The notes: generated by a model from the sequence alone, not told the origin. A stretch of DNA of 59,802 nucleotides, filler included, from Diploschistes diacapsis (GCA_023645945.1; 10 parts of 10 records of this genome joined end to end with filler, not necessarily neighbours in it), one strand, 5' to 3'. Shown: positions 1-14,906, counted from the whole stretch's first letter. Numbers and translations are program-made.

Positions 1-89
1 AAACACCATCCCCCAGCGCTAAAAGGCAGCAATCGATTATAACCAAAGAATTGAAAGTACGGGTCCCGTGCGCGCGTAAGCCCTCATGC

Positions 90-1331
90 TTACAAGAAGA
101 CGAACATTCCCGCCAGCGCCCATATCGAGCACGTCGCCGTCCTGAGTGTTGACGCTCCCGACGTCCCGCCCGTGCCCGCCAAGGGTTTCACGCTCGAGTT
201 CACAAACGTCGGGCCGCAGCCCTGGTTGACCTGGATGGCAGCGGCGCTGTAGTCCTGGCTCAGGGGCGTCGACATGTTCTGGGCGGACGTGGCGAAATAG
301 GCCATGGTTTGCTGCGTGCAGCTCGAGCAGGTGGGGCGCGAATTGCCCGGCAGGGTGACGCCGAGGGGGATGTAGTACAGCGAGATGTCGGCCTGGTTGG
401 AGTTGTTGACCGAGTTGGTGAAGCAGTAGTCGTTACTGCCGCCCTCCGACGAAGATAGCCCATCGGGGTTGAGCTTTAGGCAACCGGCTTGATGGATGGG
501 GTAGTAGGCGATGAGGCCCTGGTACGCGCGTATCACGGAAGGTTGCTCGTCCCTGTAGTCGTCGCCGCAATTCGCGGGGTCTTGTAGCTGGGTGGCGTAG
601 GACTGCATCAGTGCGCTGCATTCCGCGCCGTCGACGGAACAGCTCGCATCGAGCACCTGATCGAGAGCGGCGGGGTTGGTTTCGGATTGGAAGAAAGCTT
701 GGGAGTTCTGTAATGTTTGATTAGGGCCCGGATACAAACCGGCACAAGGGGTGAATCGTACCATTAATAGCAATGAGAGCGGAACGCAATTAAGGAAGGC
801 TTGATCATTAAGGAACTTGTTAAAGAAAGTCGGACATGAAGTTGAAGTGAAATTACTGCCTAACGGGGAGTCGAAGGCCCGGGGGAGGTTGGCGGATGCC
901 ATCGACGGCGTGGATGTTGCTGGCGCAACATTACTCGGAGCTGATGAAGATTGCGTGGCAGCGGCTGCGATTGCCGGCGAGGTAGAGGTGGTCGTAGATG
1001 AAGACGATGCTCCATTGGCACTACCAAACGGATCGTTGGCGTTTCGTCCGGCCAGAGTACTACCAACATGCAGATCTTCACGAGGCAGATCGTCAGACTT
1101 CTTGGCAAAATCTTTCGGATCGACAAAGCTAGGCGCATCCATGCCCGATTTTCGTCTGTCCAAAGCTGCGGCCGTACATGTACTACACAGCGCAAGCAGC
1201 ACAAGCACAAGGATCGGAAAGAGCTGCGTGAGTGCGGAGATGCTCGTTGGTGTGCATGATCGCGGCCGTTGTCTTGGGTTTACGCTGTGCAACGGTGAGA
1301 GTCGCGGCGAGCCGTTGCCAGTCGCCGGCAT
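90..1331 (-). CDS. Conserved fungal Cys-rich secreted/GPI-anchored cell-surface protein (resembles the DUF7729-type family)
   Basis: First ATG at 1331 (MPATGNG; the ORF-track start is TTG). Hydrophobic leader LFPILVLVLLALCSTCTAAA, S/T/A-rich stalk, Cys-rich domain PRAFDSPLGSNFTSTSCPTFF...CGPTFVN, C-terminal GPI-like signal SGAS...IWALAGMFVFL. One in-frame 54-nt intron at 708-761 (GTACGA..CTAAT..CAG). Confidence 0.75.
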   Translation of the reverse strand: MPATGNGSPRLSPLHSVNPRQRPRSCTPTSISALTQLFPILVLVLLALCSTCTAAALDRRKSGMDAPSFVDPKDFAKKSDDLPREDLHVGSTLAGRNANDPFGSANGASSSSTTTSTSPAIAAAATQSSSAPSNVAPATSTPSMASANLPRAFDSPLGSNFTSTSCPTFFNKFLNDQAFLNCVPLSLLLMVRFTPCAGLYPGPNQTLQNSQAFFQSETNPAALDQVLDASCSVDGAECSALMQSYATQLQDPANCGDDYRDEQPSVIRAYQGLIAYYPIHQAGCLKLNPDGLSSSEGGSNDYCFTNSVNNSNQADISLYYIPLGVTLPGNSRPTCSSCTQQTMAYFATSAQNMSTPLSQDYSAAAIQVNQGCGPTFVNSSVKPLAGTGGTSGASTLRTATCSIWALAGMFVFL

Positions 1332-2267
1332 TTTCTCTACCGCTCTGCACGTATTCACTTCCCTAATCGCTGGGAACTTGTGGGTACGGGGTTCACCGCC
1401 AATACTTCTCGCCTTTCGAGTTGCAGTCAAGCATGGCCGCCCGGTACTCTATCGGTTTCAGCGCCGTTGAAGCCTTGCTTGTGAGGCTCGCGGATTTGAG
1501 CAAGATATGTATGGGCGCACGCAGAGCTCTCGGTACACTCCACACCAAGTTTCTGTGTTTCAAGGCGTGTCGACTTTGCTTCCAAAGCTCGAAGATGGTT
1601 CGGCAGGTAGACAAAGAAAACACAGGGTGCAAGGATCCCCCAATGTCAAGCTCGAGAGTCGGTAGAACAAAGGGATATTAGGGCGAAGGCAATTCACTGA
1701 GGGAAAAAAAGAGAGAGGGAAGCAAGGTGAAAACGAGTGACAGAAATTGAATGTCGAAGTGAGAAGGAGAGCAACGGCAAAGCGATAGTTAATAATAACT
1801 GGCAGTGACTTATTTTTGTATCAGAGACAACACCACCACCACCACCACCCGCCTTGTGCTTGTGCAGCAGGCATGGGGGCCAGAACTAAGAAGGGCATCA
1901 AGGTAAGTGCTGGTAGGATGTATTTTGGGGGCCTAGGAAGAAGCCATGACGGGAGTACTCATTGTGTAGTAGTCTAGGTAATCTAGTCTAGTTGAACAAA
2001 GTAGGCTGAAATAAGTAAGTGAGTACGAGGATTACTGGGCAGCCAGCATGAAGAAACTGGACAAATATTGTGTGGCGTTTTCCTGGTGGGTGTATGAAAA
2101 AGAACAAAACTCAGGACAAACAAGTCGAGCTTTAATTTGGAAGAGCTGCACCGTCGTCTGTGTGGTTGCCTGCTTTCTTACAGATATCTCTTTCCTAATG
2201 TTTTTATTGTTTTTCGCGTAGAATAGAATAGCGACTTTGGTTATCGGGCTGGGGCTGGGGCTGAACG

Positions 2268-2298
2268 TAATAAATAATAAATAATAAATAATAAATAA
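2268..2298. repeat. (TAATAAA)n tandem repeat, about 4.5 copies
   Basis: Read directly from the sequence, in the divergent intergenic region. Confidence 0.9.
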
Positions 2299-3075
2299 CA
2301 ATATAGGCATTCATGCATAGCAAAGACAGCGGTTTCTTTCCTTTCCCCCCCCTTCATCCTTGTTAACCTATGGGATTTCAGATCTTGCACAGTAAAGGGA
2401 GAACAGAACACGAGGTAGGATCAGAGCTTCCACACATAATCGTCGTCAACAGAGGTTTTTTGCTAGTTTGTCTTTCATTTGTTTGCACCTCGATTGAGAC
2501 ATTGACTTGGCTGCGCCTCACTGAATCTTGCAATAAGGCTTCACAGTTCAGAACAGCACAAGCTTGGCCAGTACAGACAGCGTCTTTGCCCCATCACTAA
2601 TCATTCATCATCACCACCGCCACCACCCACCATTGTTGCTGTTGCTTCGTGGTTTCAGGGGAACAAACGGATTTGACGAACGCGGCGCCCTGGCTCCCCA
2701 ATAATAATCGCTTTGAAGGCGGTAAAAAGCTACTGTAGATCTCCCCACTGCAACTGGAAACAAAACCATGAGACATCGCTTGGCAGCTCGTTTAAATCTA
2801 ATCTACCGTCAGCTCCCCCCAGCTTCATTCAGCCTTTGTCTTCCTGCAACATTACCTCTGTATCTTCGTAGCTTCTCGTGGTATACACATACATATAGTT
2901 CCCTAACCTTGCTTTACAGCATCAGAGCGCTCTTTAACAATTGACTCTTAAACTTGCTGCCCCACTACCAGTGAACGGCACTCACCGCCCATACAAGCCA
3001 GGCCGCTCTGCTCTTCTAGCCAGACAGGCCCCCCTATCTTAAGCACATTGTCGCCTCCCTGGACTCGTTGCAGCC

Positions 3076-5452
<2,377 letters not shown>

Positions 5453-5936
5453 GCGATGGGGCGATTGATTGATGCAAAAGACGCGACGATAAAAGCATGC
5501 TTGCGGGACAAGAACGGTAGATAAAAAGATTTCCTCCTAGTTACTTTAGACTTGGACTAGGTTTGACAATGCGGGTGCTTGCGAGGACGCGTTTATGAAT
5601 GCGATTGAATTCTCGATAGAGTATGGAGGTTGGCCGAGATCCAAGATCGCCGATGTGCCTGCCACTGCTGTTCGTATGCCGTACATCTCGCCCGAGCCCA
5701 TCACCGCTGAAATCCACATTCTTTGCATGAACGTATGGTTGTAAAAGCTCCGTGGGTTGTAACAGAGAATATTAAATTATACGATAACCCCACACAGACA
5801 ACACGACAAAAACTTGTCAGAAACGAGATGCGCTGGGAAAATGATCACCAACAACAACGAACGATTGCGAGAAGCAATTGAAGCCAGGCGCAGAGCCGAT
5901 AAGTTTCATACAACCAACCCCACATCCTTCGTCTTC

Positions 5937-6036
5937 NNNNNNNNNNNNNNNNNNNNNNNNNNNNNNNNNNNNNNNNNNNNTTAATTAATTAANNNNNNNN
6001 NNNNNNNNNNNNNNNNNNNNNNNNNNNNNNNNNNNN
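5937..6036. other. Artificial contig linker N44-TTAATTAATTAA-N44
   Basis: 100-bp spacer with stops in all six frames, repeated identically nine times. Confidence 0.99.
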
Positions 6037-8602
6037 ACCCCCCCTCCCTCTCAACATCATACACCAAATCCGCACACAGCTCCCACTCTCCCTTCTCCAC
6101 CAGCGCCCTCAGCGCCATATCCAGCGCAAGCCACCCTGGCACCTTTCCCACCTCCGGCATGCGCCTTAGAAACTCCAGCATCTTGTCCACCAAGCCGAGC
6201 TTCGCATAGCCCTCGACCATGCGGTCCCACGCGACGTGGTCGAGCGGGGTGCGCTCGAGCTCGATGCGGCGCCACAAGGCGTCGATGGCCGCCAGGTCCG
6301 GCGGGTCGAGGCTGAAGTAGTGCGTGAAGAGGATGGTGTAGACGTGCGGCGGAATGCGCTGGCCCGAGGCCACGAGCCGCGAGAGGACGACGCGGGCGGC
6401 GGGCAGGTTCGGGCTGGCGCCCATGACGACCGCGTGCAGGAGCATGCCGTATGTGTGGCCCGTGGCGGGGATGCCGGCGGCGAACATGTTGTCGAGTTCG
6501 CGGGCGATGGTGGCTTCTTGTTCGGCTGGGGGGAGGGATCGGAAATTGTCGGAGAATTTGCCGCGGACGAGGCCGTCGAAGAGAGTGGTGATTGTGGTGG
6601 CGTCGGGGGAGATGTTGGCGGTTTTCATCTCGGCGAGGAGGGACCGGATGGAGGCTTCGTTGGATGTGCGGGCTGCGTCGCGGATGAGGATGTTGTAGGT
6701 TGCGATGTCGGGCTCGAGGGAGTGAGCGCGGGCCCATGCGATCATGACTTTGGCGGGAGCATGTTGTTTAAGGCGGATGAGCCCGGAGAGGACAGCGTTG
6801 ACAGGGACGATGGAGGGGAGATATTGGGTGCGGTCAATGGGTTGGGTTGGCGTGGAATCGGCGTTAGGAAGGGCTAAGGATGAACTGGATATGGCGGATT
6901 GCTCCTGTTTCCAGGATTGTCCCATTACTTCCATCTTTTGGAGCGCTTCACGCCATTTGCCTTCGCGGAGAAGAGCATCAAGGTAGGTCGTCCAGCTTTG
7001 GTTGTCCGGCGTAATGCTGCTGTCTTGCATCTGCTGCCAGATGCTATTTACAGCTGCCCAATTTCGTGTCCTCCTGGAGAGCTCCATGAAAGCATTCCAA
7101 TGCACAACTGCAGCATGAATGTTTTTTAATTTCATATGGTCCCAAACCTGTAGCACTTCACCGCGCCGACCAAGGAGGACAAAAGCCCAGAGGTAGTCTG
7201 AATAATCCCTCTTGACCACATTGACTTTCTTCTTACGTTGCTCTGTGTCCGACTTCCGGGAAAATAACAGCCACTCACGATGTACGCATGTGAAATCGCC
7301 TTCTTTTACTGCCTTGCGAAGTTTGGGTGAAAACACAGAATGGAATGGCAATTGAGGAGGTTGCGAGTTCCCGTCGCTCTGGTTTTGCTCCTTTGAATCT
7401 AAACCTCCAGCTCCATTTTGTCGGCCTTCCACCCTTTTGGACTGAAGATCACGCAAAGCCTGTTGCCATCGGGTATTTAAGACTTGTTTTACTTTATCGG
7501 TCCTTAGACCTCTGTCCAAGCTGTAACGCGTGTAGGGGAAGTGCGGCATTGAACCTGAAATCATTCTATCAAAAGCCCAGAGGAAGGGCCTAGCGCTGAA
7601 GGTCGCGGTTTCAGATAGAGATTTCTGCTCAAGAGCGTGACGGAGTAGTAGGTAGGTGACAGCAGCCGCACATCCGAAGTCTCTGGCCTCATCCATGCTC
7701 TCGATCTCGAAAGCTCGCTTGAAGCGAACCAAGAAAGGTGTCACATTCGGTTTACCAGTTGACCCTGAAGAAGAGGCGGAAAGCAATGCGGCCCAAGCTT
7801 CAGCTTTGCCTTGGCCGAAATCTGGATGTTTGGGAGACGAATTGGGTTCAGGTATTTTGCTGCGGAAATAAAGTCTCCAGAACTCGAGGAGATCATGCAA
7901 GAGGGACGAGGAGACAAAAGACTCAGCCTCGGTGAAACGGGGTTCTTGCATGAAGTTCATTGAGATAAGTCTTTTCAGATAAATCCTTATTTCTATAAAC
8001 AATATCTTAGGTTTTATCACGCCCCATTTGTTGAACAATGAGAGTACTTCTGCAAGATGAGGTGCTTTAGAAGCTTGTTTCTGGTCTAGAAGCCTTTCAC
8101 CAACCAAATGATGAAAGGCCTTTATCAAATTAAGTTGGTATTGCTCGATTTTCTGTATATCTGGGTTTCGCGCGTCCAATTCGTGGCAAACATCCCAAAG
8201 ATCGGAAGCTGCCCCTCCTGCCACTCGTATACGATCCAATTTCTGCACTATCTTTTCTTGCTCCTCGTACCGGGGTCTCGGCGAGTATTGACTTCTTTGT
8301 GGTAAAGGGGAGTCCGAGCCATGGAGACGGTTGGATTTGAACAGCTCCTCTAGGTATGACGCAGAAGCCTCGCTGCCAGACGAAGAAGCTTTTGTTGGCG
8401 GTGGTACATCAAAGGAGGTTGGTCCAGCAGAATCATCGCCATCGTTCAAGAGAGACACAAACTGATCCCGTTCCCGAGTGGACCCGAATCGAGGGTACAC
8501 ACTGAGCCTGCGATTGCACAGTCTTTGAAAGGCGCGATAGTTTTGCCGAGCACTAGACTGAGCATAGAACTGACAACGTAGACAGATTGCAGAGGATAGC
8601 AT
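6037..8602 (-). CDS. Mitochondrial pentatricopeptide-repeat protein (Cya-5/Pet309-like translation regulator), 3' end cut by contig end
   Basis: ATG at 8602 gives a presequence-like N-terminus MLSSAICLRCQF. Tandem PPR motifs: WNAFMEL...PDNQSWTTYLDALLREG, PSIVPVNAVLSGL, PDIATYNILI, PDATTITTLFDGL, WDRMVEGYAKLG. Confidence 0.85.
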
Positions 8603-8887
8603 GAGCTGGTTTGTTATTAAGATAAATTGTCCAGCAGCCAAACAAGAGGCACCTGGATCTAGCTGCCGGTAGGGCTGAAATCGAATGCCCAACAGCTCCA
8701 TCAAGTACCCGCTACCTATCACAGGAAGTAGCTGTTGCCCTTGTACTACAAGTTAACATGTGCCTACTACCTAGGTACAAATTTTGAAAATGACTCAGGG
8801 ACGAACGATTCTTCAAAAGGAAGGATTGGGCGTGTACTAGGAGATGCAAAGATTCTTCACCAATCTGTATGGAAAACCGATATAACT

Positions 8888-10931
8888 ATGGTGCGAGTTC
8901 CTTTATACTTATTTCGATCGTGCTATAGGCTCATGCTTACACGCTCACCCAGACAACTCTACAACCACGCAGCCCATACTCTCAGCAGGAGCTCGAGCGT
9001 CTCTATCCTAAGGAGCTAGAGCTTCAACTGGTGCAAATTGTATGTCCCTATATCTTTCGTGGATTCAACCAAGCATCGATTTTACAGTTATCGGTACGCA
9101 TAAGCGGTAATTTTCGCTAATGAAACTATGCAACAGTTGCTTCGACATGGTAAAACTTAAGCAGCCCCCCGCAGGGCATCTTCTAATCGGTATCAAGGAG
9201 AACGAAGCCCAGTCTCGCCTCGATTTCGCAATGTGGGTCGTTCTGCCCAAATAGGAAAGTCCTACTAACCTAGTACAGGCCGGTCTCCATCCATGTATGC
9301 TGGCCATGACTCAAGATACTGGCTTTTGATCCTAACAAATCTCCAGATTGGCCGTATTGCAATGCTGCAAAGCAGTTGTCAAGCGCTATTATGACGAAGG
9401 CCGACTCGTCCTCGTGGGATCACTTTGAATGGAGAAGACGCTTGGAAACCTTTGGCGATAACGACAGCCCCTATATAGCTCGTGGTCCGAATGGAGAAAT
9501 TGATGGTGTTTGGTGATTTTGTCATACCCTGTGGAGTCGACCTTGTTGACCTTCGGATAGCCAGCTTGGTGAATTGACAGACAAGGGCCGGGAAACCACA
9601 TTAGCCTTAGGACAGAGGCTTCGGCATCTTTACGTTGACCAGCTTGGATTCATGCCAAAACTCATCGCCGACCCTGACATGATCTACTTACGAGCGACTC
9701 CAATGCCAAGAGCGCTCGAATCAGTGCAACAATCGTTCTGGGGGCTGTATCCCTTAACAGCTCGTACTGCGTCCTTCCCACCTCCAACGATAATAACAAG
9801 AACGCCTTCAGATGAGACACTGTTTCCGAATGAGAGCCACTGTCTAAGATTTTCACAATTGAGTAGAATTTTTGCGCAAAGAGCAGCAGACAAGTGTAAG
9901 TCTTGGTGCATAAGAGCAGAGTGCCTCGCTCAAGCTTGATAGGGAATGAAAGCAATGAGATGGATTATCTCAACAAGTTGATTTCGAAATGGATGCCAGA
10001 AGACTCTCCACGTGTAGCAGTCGACTCTCATCCACGATTGTCTGGAATAATGGACACCATAAATGCCACTCTTGCCCACGCCAAAGCGACCCGCTTGCCA
10101 AGTGAATTCTATGATTCAAAGCTACGCAATATCATCCAAAAGATTGCAGTCGAGGAATGGTTTGATGGATATCAAGAAAGTCGGGAGTATCGGATGGTCG
10201 GCATCGGAGGCCTGGTCGGCGACGTCGTGTCTCGCATGGTTGATAACGTCGAGCAGAATGGAAACGATGGACTTCTCGAAATTGGTGGAGAGTCTAGCTC
10301 TATTGGCACTGGAAGAGGGGGTGAGAAACGCATCAAGCTTGCCATGAGCGGCTGCCATGATACAACGCTGGCCGGGTTTCTTTCGGGCTTCGGTGCATTC
10401 AAAGGCGAAACCTGGCCTCCTTTCACCAGTCACATTGCGTTGGAATTGTTTCGACAGCGTAAAAGGGCCCCTGACGTAGCTCTACCAGTGAAGGAAAGGT
10501 CCCCGGACGTGGCTGTTCAAGGGGTACCAAGCCCTCGGTCTACAAGCTGGCTATCTTCAATTTTCGCTTCCTCTCAAAAGGCTGCTACACTAGCTTCATC
10601 GGCACCAGTAGGGATAGGTCGAAAACCTTCCTCAGCCCTTTCAGCACAGGAAAAGAAAAGCCTCGAAGGCTATTATGTCCGTATGAGGTATAATGACCGT
10701 CCAGTGACTATCCCAGGGTGCAAGGCGCAGGGTAACCATCTTGCTGGGGACGAGAGTTTTTGCACATTGGTAAGTTCTGCAGGCATGACACCCCCTGCAT
10801 ACTCATATTCATAACAGGAAGCGTTCAAGCAAGTTGCTGATAAATTCACGCCGAAGAACTGGAAAGAAGCATGTAACGCTAACTTAGACGAGCCTGCTTT
10901 CCCAAAGGAGGTTCAGGAAGCTGGCTACTGA
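8888..10931 (+). CDS. Histidine acid phosphatase (branch 2, ACP6-like, no signal peptide)
   Basis: Spliced M|TTLQPRSPYSQQELERLYPKELELQLVQI|LLRHG|ERSP gives the RHGxRxP motif; HD motif in SGCHDTTL. First introns at 8891-8952, 9040-9136 and from 9150, with several more downstream; stop TGA at 10929-10931. Confidence 0.9.
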
Positions 10932-11204
10932 GTAACCTCGTGAGAGAGTATAGCAATAGCGATGAGTATTGGCTCCCAAACTTATATGATACCCTAGAAG
11001 CAGTGTTGATAGATTCCACTCAATCCTAGCAAAAATTTCTACGTAGATTTCCAGACTCGGGTATTTGAAGGTGAAATTAGACAATATCTATTGAGTTCTG
11101 TCCATAAATGCCAAGGCTCGCTTACCAACCGCCTATTTACTTCCAAAGTCAATAACCTCGGCATCACCGTCCCGCTCTTGTCTTATCATCGGATCGTAGA
11201 GAAA

Positions 11205-11960
11205 ATGCGCCGGCGCACGTTCACAGGTAACCGCCTCACCTATCGAATAGTGCTCTATAATGACAACATCCAGGTTCCCTCTTCGCCGCCTCTCCCACCC
11301 ATCAACTCCTCGCCTCCATCCACAACTCCCACCTCCTAATCCACGACACCTCCTCCACCGCCCCCTCTCTCTTCTCGAAAACCGCGCTCTCCCCACCCTT
11401 CGCCCAATCCTGTACCTCCATCCGCTTCTACCACCCTTCTCCAGCCCTTATCTCCTCGTCTTCCTCCAAACCCGCCGTGACGCAACACACAGCCCGCTTC
11501 CTCCTCATCTCCCCAACGACCCTTTACGTCTACGACGCGCTCGATCCCTCTTACCACGTTGTCCTGTCCAACGTCGCCTCTCCTTCGCCACGCCTAGCAG
11601 ACGCGCTGCTCTTGAGCCCAGAGCATGTTCTGACAACGCCGGACCTAGCGGGGAAGAGCGTGATATGGCATACTACAACCGGCACGGGGGTTGAAGTGCG
11701 GGACCCGAAGCCGGGGTTGCGGGGAATTGGATATAGTGTTAGGGAAAGGGGCGGGTATGTGGCGATGCTGACACGCCCGGCGTCTGCTGCGCAGAGGGAT
11801 ATTGTGGTTGTTCTTGGCCTCGGTCTCGGAGGGGTAGGGAGAGGGGAGGAAGGGATGAGGGTTGAGACGGAATTTGCGCTGGAGACGTATGATGCTAGGG
11901 GGATAAGGTGGAGTGGGGATGGGAGATGGATGGTTGTGTGGGAGGCGGCGAGTATGGGGG
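11205..11960 (+). CDS. WD40 protein, WDR8/WRAP73-like, 5' part only
   Basis: MRRRTFTG|SLFAASPTHQLLASIH (intron about 11227-11273), then VEVRDPK...VAMLTR...DARGIRWSGDGRWMVVWEAAS, typical of fungal WDR8. Truncated at the linker. Confidence 0.7.
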
Positions 11961-12060
11961 NNNNNNNNNNNNNNNNNNNNNNNNNNNNNNNNNNNNNNNN
12001 NNNNTTAATTAATTAANNNNNNNNNNNNNNNNNNNNNNNNNNNNNNNNNNNNNNNNNNNN
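11961..12060. other. Artificial contig linker
   Basis: N44-TTAATTAATTAA-N44. Confidence 0.99.
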
Positions 12061-14154
12061 CCCCCCCCTTCCTCGCAACCTCCACCTCGCATCCGATCCC
12101 CGCCGCCGCCACCCGCTCGCGTAGCTGCCGCAGCACGAGCTCCGCCGCGGGCGGCCCGTCGCGCATCGTGTCTTTGACGTGGATGATGACGACATTCAGG
12201 CCCTTTAGCGGCGGCTCGTAGCCGGCACCGGCCCAGTGGTCTTGGGCCTGGCTCTGGCTCCGGCTCTGGCTGTGCTGCAGTGTGAGAGAGGGCTGTTTGT
12301 GGCCTTGGTTTTTGCTCTGGTTTGTCGGGTGGCCGCTGTGCTGGCCCTGCTGCTGTTGTTGTTGGTCCTGCTGGACTAGCAGTCTTTGCTCGACGCCCTG
12401 CATACCCGTCTCCCGGTCTTTATCTCTGCTTAGCGAGCCGTCTCTTGCATGGGGTGTGCTGGCAGCGACGTCGGTGCTGTTGTCCTTCGCGTGCCGAACG
12501 CGGTGGGGCACTGGTTCGTCGTCTGCCATGTGCGCTGTGGCAGGTGGAGGCTGCGTGCCGGGGCTGACGCTTGATCTCGGCTTGCGTGTCGAAAGCGGAC
12601 TCCGCCCTCGTCCTCTCTGCTGCTCGGGGCTCCAGAACGTCGGGCTCCGTAGGGGAGCCGACTCGCGCTTGCGCTTGCGCGTTGGATCGTCCCCAGCAAA
12701 CAACGAGGGCGCAGGGTGTGAGGGATAACAATGGGGCGCGGTAGTGAGGGTCAGTGATCCAGCGCGGAGGTGGTGCACTTTGTCGGCCAGGACGCAGAGC
12801 TCGGCGACGAGATGCCGCGGGTTGAGGTGGCCGAAGAGGGTTTCGTCGGACTGCGAGTCGTCGTAGGAGCACTCGATGAAGATGGCGCACAGCAAGCCGG
12901 CGACGATCTTGGGCGCGGCGTCGGCCCATACCCTGGCAGTGCGCGGCGAGAGCGAGAGGCTGTCGGGCTCGACGTCGCCGAAGATCAAGACTTCTTTGTG
13001 GGTGTGCTCGTCGAGGATGAAGAAAGCGGAGGAGTCGACGGCCCGGGGCTCGGATTGAGGGTGGAAGCCGCCGAATTGTTGCTGCTGACCCATTTCACCG
13101 TGGGGGAAGGATTTGCGGCGACTGTATCCTGGGGAGAGGGGAATGCTGGAGCGAGACCCGCGGCGGTCGCTGTTGGTCGAGGATGGGCCGAAGGAGAAAT
13201 CTTGGTTGGGGGAGACGCTGCTGCGGGAAGTGTGCTGCTTCATACACTTGCCGTGGCTGACGCCCCAGGCTTTGACGGCTAGACCGTCGCATACTTCGAT
13301 GTATCCGATCCCTTCGCCGTCACCGAGGGCAAGATTGCCGCCTTCTGTTAGCCGCTGAAAGCTAACAAGACCAGCCCCACCTTCCTCGTCCGAGAGGTTC
13401 GGCCAGACGACGTCGTTGAAGATATGTTGCTTGAAGGCGTTGATCGTTGAAGGGAGTGCGGCTAGCTTCTTCGGGCGAGTTGTGTGTTGGAAGGCGGCTG
13501 TGTTGATAGCGAAGCCGCTCAAGTGGTCGAGATGTGGGTGCGTGATAAGATATGTCGTTATGAAGTTTCGGAGGAGATGGTGGGCGTTCGCCTTTGCTGT
13601 TTCGGAGGGCATCAGTAGGCCTCTGAACGGCCCCGTCGTCATGACCAGTTTCGGCGTGTCGGTCTGTGACTGTGGGATCGGCGATCCCCACCGAGGGCCA
13701 CCTGTCGAACTCGAAGCCTCTGAGGGCTTTTGACGATTTGAGCCCGGCAGGTGGTCATCGAGGATTCGCACGATCCCCGAGAGATGGACGCCGGCGTCCA
13801 CGGCAAGGACCGAGTTTTTGGCCCAGCCCGTTGCCGTGGAACGCACGAGTAACCCGACCACGTCGTCTTCGATGGGGCCGCCTCCACCGCCCTTGTGAGT
13901 CCGTTGTCAGCACAAAAACTATAGAGTGCAAGTCCGCGTACTGAACTTTCCAAGTATACAACCCGCTACAGAGCCCAGGACTAAGATGCTCAAAGGAAGC
14001 AGGTTGTTGGATCTCAAGAAACAAACGTAGAACGGAAAGATAGAGATAATGATGGAGACATGTCTGGCGCTAACATACCGTAGAAAGGATAACTGATGGA
14101 GAAAGCTCTACTTACCAAAACTATGATCTGGAAAGCTGCAGCACTTGGCTCCAT
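12061..14154 (-). CDS. PDE1: Low-affinity class II cAMP phosphodiesterase (metallo-beta-lactamase fold), extreme 3' end missing
   Basis: MEPSAAAFQIIVL|GGGGGPIEDDV (intron 13892-14115), AVDAG, ITHPHLDH, FNDVVWPNL, FGDVEPD, IECSY, LFGHL, IIHVKD. Confidence 0.93.
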
Positions 14155-14906
14155 CCTGGATCAATGCCTTACGCTAGCGGGTTGCTACAGCTTATCACAA
14201 ACACGAAGAAACTTGGATGTTTCGGATCTATATCTTTGGCGCCGGCATGGTGCATTCCATATGCAGCCACTTTTGGGTCTATAAATACTCTCCAACCTGT
14301 TGCCGCGAATCTGCGCCTTCTTACCCAAGTGAAAGATTGAATACGATGCAGAAAGAACGCAAGAAAGAGATGAGCTGCACCGGATCCGTCCAAAAAAAAT
14401 GCTTTGATTGAAGGTCTGATAAGATGTCTGAACTTCACGCATAGGATTCTCCTAATTCAGGCCGCGTAGATCAAAAAAGCTTTAGTGTTCCTGATGTGGC
14501 TTAGGCTGCTGCTTGCTTCAGCCATCACTACGAAGTATAAATAAGGTGAAAATAAAATGGCATTCAAACCTGGATAGATAAATTGAATCCGCTGTACAAT
14601 CATCGCATGGCTCGCCTGGCGACTTATGAATTCGTTAGAGCTTATTATAAGACCTGATGATCTCCGTAGGTCGACGCATGGTCTGGTAGGCAGGCAATAT
14701 TAATAATATACTTTATGCCTACTCAAGATCTCGGAACACACTTCAGATCAGTTACGAAAAGAATGTACAAGGCTAGGGGGAGCTTCAAGTATCGCAGGAC
14801 TATTTGATAACTGACCTGAAGCATTCTTCGAACTCTTGCGTGGGCATAAAATGAAGAGATATTTGATATGCAACCCTTTATTGATATCGCCTAACAGGGT
14901 TTCAAA

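Noticed and set aside
2768..2943. 58-codon upstream ORF and intron-like CTAAC..TTTACAG before GFA1
   Set aside because: The ATG may lie upstream of the transcription start, and the donor is ambiguous. It cannot be supported without transcript data.
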